Shown: one piece after another, positions 55,295 to 64,000 of the stretch
Numbering within the stretch: the first letter of the stretch is position 1
How the letters are laid out: each line of letters starts with the position of its first letter
NCBI RefSeq assembly: GCF_000143415.4
Contig: NW_003314265.1
Location: 1,756,446-1,820,445, forward strand
DNA length: 64,000 nt
Direction: 5' to 3'
Source: Selaginella moellendorffii
Taxonomy: Eukaryota; Plantae; Lycopodiophyta
Position numbers and translations under genes: made by a program
The notes under the pieces: generated by a model
Database searches by the model: none
What the model saw: the letters and a program-made list of their open reading frames with translations, nothing else
Told to the model about the DNA's origin: nothing

Positions 55295-57372
55295 CATGAT
55301 CGTTGTTTTCATTGAGGTTGGACCATTGTGATGTACGTCTTGCAACTGGATTGAAGTTTTGAAGTCGCAGATGCCCAACGTTGTTTCTCAGCTCGTAGGT
55401 CTTGCATTGAGCGCAGCAGCAACATCGCTGACAATCTCTCCAAAATGTTGACACAGAATCTCTCCAATCTCGTAGCATTTTTCTTCTTGGACACAGCGTT
55501 TTTTAGTTCTTCTCGTGGTTGAGCAGCACCAAGATGTCACTTGTCTTTTTCATGACAAGAAATTAGAACAAATTGAAACACACACAAACCTGACAACATG
55601 AAGCTAAGTATGTGAACTTTCAATGATCGTTAGTTTTGTTCGTATTCACAAGTTTCCCTTCCCGTTGAAAGTTTCTTGGACCGTTGTTTTGCGCTTAGCT
55701 TGTTTAACTTGTTTGAGCATATCATCTTAGCTTGACTGTGTCACTGGCTCCCTTTTGCGTTGAGCATACCCCGTCGACAATCTTAATCGAAAAGAAAGAG
55801 CGTCTTCAAACGTTGAGAGTTTCAACAAATTCTTGATTGCTTCTAGCCACTCTTTTATCGTTGATCATTCTAGAGCATATTTCTTGCAAATGTCTCTTGT
55901 TTCATTGTCTTACTCGCTTATTGCTAACACAAAGAAAACTGAACGAACTTACCTTGCGAGGTGGAGAGGTGCGAGAGTGGACCGGGCCTGTCAAGGATCA
56001 GCGACGGATCATGGTTGTTGTTTTCATTGAGGTTGAGCCATTGTCATGTACATTTTCAGCTGGATTAAGTTCTGAGATCGCCGTTGTTTCTCAGCTCGCA
56101 GGTCTTGCGTTGAACGCAGCAACAACACAACTCAAAGCGCTGACAATCTCTCCAAAACGTTGACACAAAATCTCTCCAATCTAGTAGCAGTTTTCTTCTT
56201 GGCACACGCTGTGACATGGCGTTTTTCAGTTCTTATCGTCGTTGAGCAGCACCAGCATGTCACTTGGCTTCTTCATAACAAGAAATTAGAACAAATCGAA
56301 ACACACGCGAACCTGGTAACGTGAAACTAAGTATCGTTGATCGTTAGTTTTGTTCGTATTCACACAGCGTTGTCCACATCGGTGAGTTTCCCTTCGCGTT
56401 GAGAGTTCCTTGGCCCGTTGTCTTGCACTTTGCTTGTTTGAGTTGTTTGAGCATATCATCTTAGCTTGACTGTGTCACTGGCTCCCTTTTGCGTTGAGCA
56501 TACCCCGTCGACAATCTCAATCGAAAAGAAAGAGCGTCTTCAAACGTTGAGAGTTTCAACAAATTCTTGATTGCTTCTAGCCTCTCTTTTATCGTTGATC
56601 ATTCTAGAGCATATTTCTTGTCTCCAGCAAATCTCTCTTGTTTCGTTGTCTTACTCGCTTATTGCTAACACAAAGAAAACTGAACGAACTTACCTTGCGA
56701 GGTGGAGAGGTGCGAGTGGACCGGGCCTGTCAAGGATCAGCGACGGATCATGATCGTTGTTTTCATTGAGGTTGGACCATTGTCATGTACATTTTCAGCT
56801 GGATTGAAGTTCTGAGATCGCCGTTGTTTCTCAGCTCGCAGGTCTTGCGTTGAACGCAGCAACAACACAACTCAAAGCGCTGACAATCTCTCCAAAACGT
56901 TGACACAAAATCTCTCCAATCTAGTAGCAGTTTTCTTCTTGGCACACGCTGTGACATGGCGTTTTTCAGTTCCTATCGTCGTTGAGCAGCACCAGCATGT
57001 CACTTGGCTTCTTCATAACAAGAAATTAGAACAAATGGAAACACACGCGAACCTGGCAACGTGAAACCAAGTATCGTTGATCGTTAGTTTTGTTCGTATT
57101 CAAACAGCGTTGTCCACATCGGTGAGTGTCCCTTCGCGTTGAGAGTTCCTTGGCCCGTTGTTTTGCACTTTGCTTGTTTGAGTTGTTTGTTGTGTCACTG
57201 GCTCCCTTTTGCGTTGCAATCGAAAAGAGGTGTCTTCAAGCGTTGAGAGTTTCAACACGATTTCTTGATCGCCTCTAGCATACCTCTTAGCTCGTTGCAA
57301 GCAGCTTCGCTTTAATCTGTCTTACTCCTAACGCAAAGAAAAGCCCTACCTAAACGAACTTACCTTGCGAGG
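55295..57372. repeat. Tandem repeat, about 2.85 copies of a 715-740 bp unit (55295-56009, 56010-56748, 56749-57372)
   Basis: Anchors TTTTCATTGAGGTTG, CTGACAATCTCTCCAAAA and GAACTTACCTTGCGAGG each recur at ~730-bp spacing. Confidence 0.92.
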
Positions 57373-57619
57373 GTAGCCGTTGTCCACGAGCTGCCGCTGT
57401 GGCGCCCAGTAGGGAGAACTCGGTGAGGGGAGAGAGGCGAAGCGGCCTACCTGGGGCAGAGTGGAAGGGTCGCGAAACCCCAAGACGCGGCATCCATCAC
57501 TGCTCTAGCCCTTTATCACCGATGAACCCTAAATTTGAGCTAAGTACCACTGTTTTATATAGACAGGGCAAAAAGGGGAAGTTCTCAATTAGTGCAAAAT
57601 GAAGAATCTTACAAGCTAC

Positions 57620-58200
57620 TTAATTACTCAAGGAATCCTGCTGATCGGAGCCTGCTGGTTGGCTCTTCCGTGCTGCTGTTGCCAGCACGGGAAGCTTCTG
57701 GATCTCAGCCGGCGATAGGATCCGTATGCATCGCACCGTCGTGTTAAACAAACACAACATGAAATGCGTCTCTGACGAGCAGCATGTCGCCTTCATTATC
57801 TACGTACACACGTTCAGGTTCTCGTTAATGCCGAACAGATGCTGCAGCTCCTCCAGAAGTTGCGTGTTGCATGTATAATCCCCAAAACTTGGACAAGTCC
57901 AAAGCTCGTCACACTGCACCCTGTTTGTGAACTTTTGAAAAGTAGAAGATTCAGAGTCTGGCGCTTCAAATAAAGAATGAGATCTTACTTTGGTGCACGT
58001 CCTGCTTGGTTGCTGTTGTTGCTGCTGCTGGTTCCGGTTCTGGCCAGTAAAACACTTCCTGAAGCCGGAAGTTTCCAACTCGAGATCCTTGTGGACGTTG
58101 TCTTTGGCGGTGCTGGCCAAAGCTGTCTTTGGTTTCAACGAGACGAGAAACCAAATAGTTTGCACTTGCAGTGAGAATCGTTTGCATTACCTCTCGCAAG
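57620..58200 (-). pseudogene. Auxin response factor (ARF) C-terminal PB1 (domain III/IV) pseudogene fragment
   Basis: RTCTKV, QGAV*RALDLSKF, QLLEELQHLFGI, VYVDNEGDMLLV and VRCIRILSPAEIQKL, with a stop and frameshifts; upstream part obscured by an N gap. Confidence 0.78.
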
Positions 58201-58237
58201 GGGCTCCTCACCTCCTGAAAGAACAAAAAAGAGTAGA

Positions 58238-58337
58238 NNNNNNNNNNNNNNNNNNNNNNNNNNNNNNNNNNNNNNNNNNNNNNNNNNNNNNNNNNNNNNN
58301 NNNNNNNNNNNNNNNNNNNNNNNNNNNNNNNNNNNNN
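58238..58337. other. Assembly gap (100 N)
   Basis: N run. Confidence 1.
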
Positions 58338-59619
58338 ACGGATTTCACTTACTGTGAGGCATGAGATGCTTAAGAAAAGAGTTGTCTGTTGTAGTTGAGG
58401 CTGCAAGTAGACTGGGCAACTTAATGCTGCTTGCCAATAAGCGAAGCTGCTGGTTGGAGAAGGCTGCTGCAGTCTCTAGAATTGTGGAGGAACCTTCTGC
58501 TCTCGAAACTGCTGAACGCAAAGCCTAAGCTGCTGCTGGTGCATATCGACTTTATGATGAGATGGTAGCCCCTCGTTTCCGGGACTTGGAAATCCAGAAA
58601 GAAAACCAGGAACACTGTGACCCTCAGTAACTCTTGGAGTTATCTTAGCCTCAGAATAGAGAGCTGTAGGGAAATTTTTCCCTTGGCCTCACATTGGGGC
58701 TCTATCTCCTGTCTTTTGCTAGCCGCGTGCTTGTCCCAACCGACCTATATAGAAGACAAGACTCTTTACCTTTAGGAAGCGCCATTTAGAGCCATCGAGC
58801 TGCATCGATATCGTCAATTCCAGTAATAGTTCCCATATATCTGACTGTTAGCAAAAGGAGACAAAACAAGAGATTCACTTCAAAACGATTTACCTTCTTT
58901 CCGGCGAATCCTCAGTCTCAAATCTCATTTTGAAGCGCATACCAATAAAAATTTTCATCTTGAAAGATTTCACGTACTTCTGGTATGGAACAACAAATTC
59001 AGCTGGACTAGCCCTGAAGAGAAACAAATTCACCACTTTGCCGTGTTAAATCCAAAGAATGTCAAACGAGGATTGTAGAACACGGTGAACATGGTCTTAG
59101 TGGACACAGCATGAGCAGCAGCAGCCAGGACTCTGATTTGCATACTGTGGCTAGACAGTAGCGAAGACGAAGTGAAACTGCTCTACGTGCGCACAGCACA
59201 CCCAATACCGATTCTCAACTCACCATGATCTCCCCTACGTGCTACGTAATATTATTACGGTATGAAAAACAGATCAAAAGTCTTGAAAATTTTATAATGA
59301 CCAACAGTATCGGCTTCTTCTGGCTTACAAACACACTCCACCCTGTCGTCGAAAGATGCCTTCGTGGTTGTCCTGGATAAGAGCAGAATTTTGTAAGAAA
59401 GTATAGGTGGGACTTCCATTCAAAATCTTTTGCTGTAATCTCCTTTGCTGGAGGGGTTTGCTGATAATCCTGAAATCGAGTTTAACAAATATATTGAGTG
59501 ACATATATCAGGATATATGAGCCTCGGTTTAGAGAAGCTCCTCGGTTTACTGCTCAGAGTCCGGAACACTACAAACGGATATGACAAAGTACGTTTCATT
59601 CAACGCTATGCAAGAAGCT

Positions 59620-60050
59620 CCAACGGAAATGGCGGAAGAAGAAATGCCCGACTATGACGACGGACAAACAGTCTTTATCGATGGTAGTCGAGACACCGGT
59701 TGCTCCATCTTACATCTTTCGGACTGGATCGTTTGATTGGTTACGGGCGCTTAATTTTAGCCAGCCAGCCGAGAAGCACATAGATGTGGGCGCTCTGCTG
59801 CCAAGTATGCAAGACAGCATGGTAGCTGAGAAAACGTCCACAGGGAAAAGAACTCGTTCAGACAATTATGAGGAGCAGGACCACTCTCCAAAAAGACAGG
59901 AGATTGCTAGTCCTGGAGAGGTTTAGCTGAGGAGTTAGAAAGGAAAGAAGAAGATGCTCGACAAGAAGAAGCAAGGATGAAGTTTGCGGTTTGTATTGGC
60001 TCAGATTTTTTCTTTTTCGTTGTGAAACTTTTAAATGGTTTTTGTAGGCC
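59620..60050 (+). pseudogene. Second SAC3B-like fragment (region just upstream of, and overlapping, the start of the 53.1-kb fragment)
   Basis: 59945-60048 is clearly similar to 53115-53238, including an intron-like segment; acidic EEEMPDYDD upstream. Confidence 0.5.
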
Positions 60051-60587
60051 TACTGTGAGATTGTAGTAATACCTATTGTATTACAATTGGTATATTACTC
60101 TGAAAATTGGTGCACACAATAAAAAATTAGATTTAATAGTAAAACATGAAAAATTTGGTCCCTGATAACAAAAAGTTAACTCTATCACAATTTCAAATGG
60201 TTTTACCTTTTAGTGACAACATAAATTGTAAATAATGTCCTATTGTCTAGATGCTCCAGTTTCAAAAGGAGAGCATTGTTTGTTATTTGGTTAGTGCATT
60301 TGTTCAGATTCTGAGCACAGCATTTTACAGTTGACACCATTTGCACGGATACACCAACTATCACCTCTAGAGCCTTTGTCATAATGTTAATTATTCTAGT
60401 AGTCTTAACTCATCCTTGTCTTCCCTCACTTCAACTCCACTGAGACTGGGGCCTATGCTTTCTTTTTATTTTCACTCTTGCAAGTTCACTCAAAGATTGT
60501 TCCAGAGTGAATTTTACTTCACTCTTTTTTATCCAAAATAAAATGCTACTCTTTTTTATTGCACAAAGAAAAATTAAACCCGGTTCT

Positions 60588-61485
60588 TCAGGTCGCTGTC
60601 CCAACATGCTTCTCTACGTGTAATCTCTTCGCGTTTCGGAATGCCCGGCATGCCACAACGTACACCAGGACGAGCACTGCCACAACTACGATGTTGACGA
60701 TCGCCGCTGTCTTCCAGTCCCCTCGGATGTCCTGCTCCACCACGCCCGCCTTGCAAGAATCGCAATCGAAGCACAGGCGCGTAGGATCGTTGCTCCACCT
60801 CGCGCAGTCGGGATTACTAGCGCTGCTCCTCCCGCGGGATGGCGGATCCCAGGACGTCGCATTGCGGAAGACGAGATCACATTCTAGAGGGGGCTTACAG
60901 CAGCCAGACTGATTTGGAGGAAAGAAAGATTTTAGAGGTAACATTTCGATCGCAAGGACCAGGGAAAGAGAGAGCATGTACCTCCACAGGAGACAGCCGC
61001 GCGGCATCGAAGCTCTGGATTGTTGGGTACGCCATCGCCAGATCCCGGCAAATGTCCAGATCCTTTAAGCATCCCTCGATCTTCTTCCATCGCTTCGCGC
61101 CACCGACTTGTTTCCTGAACCAGGGGGAGTAATCGCCGAGACTGTACTCCCGGAATCCCTTGCCGGGGAGGGCGCGGCCATGGCGCGTGCCACTGCTCAC
61201 GGCCATGGTGAAGATGGTGTCGGCGAGCAGCAGTAGGATGAGAATGGAGAGAAGGAAGAGATAGATCCAGAGCAGCCATGGGACCTTGAAGCAGCCGCCA
61301 ATGGATCCGGCGATGGAGAGGAGGAGGAGAAGGATCCCGATGGCGAGCACCAACCACTGGACGGATTGGACGCAGTGGCTATTGGCGGAGGCGAGGAGCC
61401 AAATCCCAGTGGCGATCACTGGGAGGGAGAGCAAGAGCGTGAAAACACTGATGATCGCAGTAATGTAATTGCTACTAGCACCCAT
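60588..61485 (-). CDS. TET: Plant tetraspanin, divergent paralogue (two exons)
   Basis: Four TM segments, EYSLGDYSPW, SPVE|SGCCKPP, LCFDCDSCKAG. Confidence 0.93.
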
Positions 61486-61521
61486 TCCCTCCTTATCTTT
61501 TAACTAAAGGAACAACCCCCT

Positions 61522-61671
61522 TTAGGGTTTCAAGATAATGGTGTTCGAAACCCTAAATAGGTTAGAATCTAAAATAATCTAAAAATGGCCACGTGTTGGG
61601 CAAAGCAAAAAGGAAATATCTTTTCTTGAAACCCTAAAGAGGGTTAGTTAAATCTTAAACCCTAAACCCTG
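61522..61671. promoter_or_regulatory. Telo-box (AAACCCTA) cluster in a ~195-bp divergent promoter
   Basis: TAGGGTTT near 61523; AAACCCTA near 61548, 61629 and 61657. Confidence 0.6.
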
Positions 61672-61679
61672 AATGGTAT

Positions 61680-63821
61680 ATGCTTTTGGCCAAGACATGC
61701 CAGAGGTGGAGGGCGATCGCCATTCCGGCAGCGGCGCCGCCATCGCCACCATCGCCACCGTCATCGCCACGCACGGTGAGTATAAACGACTACGCATCGC
61801 TGCTATGGCAATGCCGCGGCTTGGACGAGGTGAGGAAGCTCCACGCCCAAATCGCGGCCCGGAAGCTGGATCGCAACACCTTCCTGGGGAATGTCCTTGT
61901 CGATGCTTACAGCAAGCACGGCAGCCTCCATGGCGCGCAGCTCGCCTTCGGCCGCATCACCCTCCACAACGCCCACTCGTGGAACATCCTCATGGCCGCG
62001 TATGCCCAGAACGGGCATCCGCGCGGCGCCGCCACGCTCTTCCACTGGATGTGCTCGCAGGGCGTCCGGCCCAACGCAGTGACGCTCAGCACCGCGCTGC
62101 TCGCCTGCACCGCCGCCAGGAACCTCGCGCTGGGGCGGAAGCTCAACGAGCTGATCGCGAGCGAGGCGCTGGAGATCGACTCCCACGTCGAGAGCAGCCT
62201 CATCACCATGTACGGCCGGTGCCGCGAGATCGAGGAGGCCGAGCGGGCGTTTGATCGCAGCCCAGAGAAGGATGTGGTCTGCTGGACCGCGATGATCTCC
62301 GCCTATGCCCACAACTGGAGGACGTCGCGGGCGCTCGAGCTCGTCCGGAGGATGGATCTGGAAGGCATCAAGCTCGGCTTGCCGACGTACGTGAGCCTCC
62401 TGGACGCCTGTGCCAGCACCATGGATCTCCGCAACGGCGTGGCCTTCCACCAGAGAGCCGCTGCTATCGGACTGGACCGCTCGAGCACCGTCGTCGCTGG
62501 CACGCTCGTCAACCTGTATGGGAAGTGCGGCCGTGTGGACGACGCCCGGAGAGTTCTCGACGCCATGCCGGTGAGGACGAGCGTCTCCTGGACTGCCATG
62601 ATCGCCGCCTATGCCCAGAACGGGAACGCTGCCGAGGCCATCAACCTGTTCCAGTGCATGGACCTCGAGGGGGCGGAGCCGTCCGACATAACTCTCATCT
62701 CGGTTGTCGACTCGTGCGCTGTGCTCGGGACCCTGTCTCTCGGGAAGAGAATCCACGCTCGTATCCGGAGCTCACCGTCGTTCTCCCAGAGCTTGATGCT
62801 GCTCAACGCTGTCATCACCATGTATGGCAAGTGCGGCAACTTGGAGCTCGCCCGAGAGGTGTTTGAGTGTGTGCCGCTGAGGACGAGGAGCGTCGTTACC
62901 TGGACCGCAATGATAAGAGCCTACGCGCAGAATGGTGTCGGCGAGGAGGCGATAGAGCTCTTCCAGGAGATGCTCATCGACGGTGGCACCGAGCCGAATA
63001 GAGTGACTTTCCTCAGCGTTCTTTGTGCTTGCAGCCACCTCGGTCAGCTCGAGCAGGCCTGGGAGCACTTCTGTTCCATGGGACCGGACTTTGGAGTGCC
63101 ACCCGCGGGCGACCACTACTGCTGCCTGGTCGATCTTCTGGGTCGAGCTGGCCGGCTTGGCGAGGCCGAGAAGTTGCTGCTGCGGCATAAGGACTTTGAG
63201 GCGGACGTTGTCTGCTGGATTGCGTTCCTGAGTGCCTGCCAGATGAATGGAGATCTGGAGCGGAGCCAGAGGGCTGCCAAGAGAGTGTCTGAGTTGGAGC
63301 CGGAGAATGTTGCTGGCCGCGTTCTGCTGTCAAATGTGTACGCTGCCAAAGGTAGGAGAGCTGACGTTGCTCGGATCCGGAACGAGATGAAGTCCTCTGG
63401 CGTTAAGAAGTTCGCAGGCCGGAGCTGGATCGAGATCAACAATAGAGTTCACGAGTTCATGGTGAGCGACGTCAGCCACCCTCGAAAGTTGGAAATATAT
63501 AGCGAGCTTGAGAGGCTGCACCGAGAGATAAAGGAGGCCGGATACGTCCCGGACACGAAGATGGTGCTGCGGGACGTGGACGAGGAGAAGAAGGTCCAGT
63601 TACTGGGTTACCACTCGGAAAGGCTTGCAATGGCTCTTGGCATCATCAGCACCCCTCCCGGAACTACTCTCAGAGTTGTCAAGAACTTGCGCGTGTGCTC
63701 GGATTGTCATGCTGCAACCAAGTTCATTTCCCAAATTGTAGGAAGACAGATTATTGTGAGGGATACCAGCCGGTTTCACCACTTCAAGGACGGCGTGTGT
63801 TCGTGTGGAGATTATTGGTAG
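61680..63821 (+). CDS. PLS-E-DYW pentatricopeptide repeat protein (organellar C-to-U RNA editing factor type), intronless
   Basis: PLS triplets, E domain, PG-box-like AGRSWIE, HSERLA, CSDCH, terminal CSCGDYW. Confidence 0.97.
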   Translation: MLLAKTCQRWRAIAIPAAAPPSPPSPPSSPRTVSINDYASLLWQCRGLDEVRKLHAQIAARKLDRNTFLGNVLVDAYSKHGSLHGAQLAFGRITLHNAHSWNILMAAYAQNGHPRGAATLFHWMCSQGVRPNAVTLSTALLACTAARNLALGRKLNELIASEALEIDSHVESSLITMYGRCREIEEAERAFDRSPEKDVVCWTAMISAYAHNWRTSRALELVRRMDLEGIKLGLPTYVSLLDACASTMDLRNGVAFHQRAAAIGLDRSSTVVAGTLVNLYGKCGRVDDARRVLDAMPVRTSVSWTAMIAAYAQNGNAAEAINLFQCMDLEGAEPSDITLISVVDSCAVLGTLSLGKRIHARIRSSPSFSQSLMLLNAVITMYGKCGNLELAREVFECVPLRTRSVVTWTAMIRAYAQNGVGEEAIELFQEMLIDGGTEPNRVTFLSVLCACSHLGQLEQAWEHFCSMGPDFGVPPAGDHYCCLVDLLGRAGRLGEAEKLLLRHKDFEADVVCWIAFLSACQMNGDLERSQRAAKRVSELEPENVAGRVLLSNVYAAKGRRADVARIRNEMKSSGVKKFAGRSWIEINNRVHEFMVSDVSHPRKLEIYSELERLHREIKEAGYVPDTKMVLRDVDEEKKVQLLGYHSERLAMALGIISTPPGTTLRVVKNLRVCSDCHAATKFISQIVGRQIIVRDTSRFHHFKDGVCSCGDYW

Positions 63822-64000
63822 TAGCTCGTAGACACTTTCACGCGGTGGAACTCCTTGACAGCAGCCCAGGGTTCTGATTCCTTTCTGTACCAGCAACACA
63901 GAAACGAAATTGAATTCAACTAGCTATTAAATGCTCAAATCGAAGATAGTACTTACAAGTCACGAGCCAGAAAATTTAGTTGAGCGCGCTGAGAAGGTCC

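Overview
Eukaryotic land-plant nuclear DNA with dense genes, introns of about 50-60 bp and PLS/DYW PPR genes. This best fits a lycophyte such as Selaginella (inference, not proven). The left 36 kb is a tandem segmental triplication of a head-to-head unit: a 3'-truncated FtsH12 fragment (-) facing a phytepsin-type aspartic protease (+). Two copies carry the same old Ty3/gypsy insertion (family B). Family B was later invaded by two chromoviruses (family A), a LARD-like non-autonomous LTR element (C) and a TRIM (D), and copy 2 also holds a hAT remnant. The right 28 kb is gene-dense. It contains a small conserved plant protein, a mitochondrial P-type PPR, aspartate kinase, an NDP-sugar transferase, tRNA-Glu(CTC), a reticulon, a C2H2-EAR zinc finger, two tetraspanins, PLS-E and DYW PPRs, SAC3B and ARF pseudogene fragments and an unexplained ~730-bp tandem repeat. 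Three signals stand out. (1) The chromovirus has a 15-nt self-complementary (Tf1-like, tRNA-independent) primer site and a GGGAAAC/hairpin -1 frameshift cassette. (2) The duplication junctions cut exactly at a neighbouring gene's ATG, so its upstream region now points antisense into the truncated FtsH12 copies. (3) The non-coding LARD holds paired tRNA T-loop/B-box hairpins. None of these is demonstrated to be a new system; all calls are by eye, without database searches.
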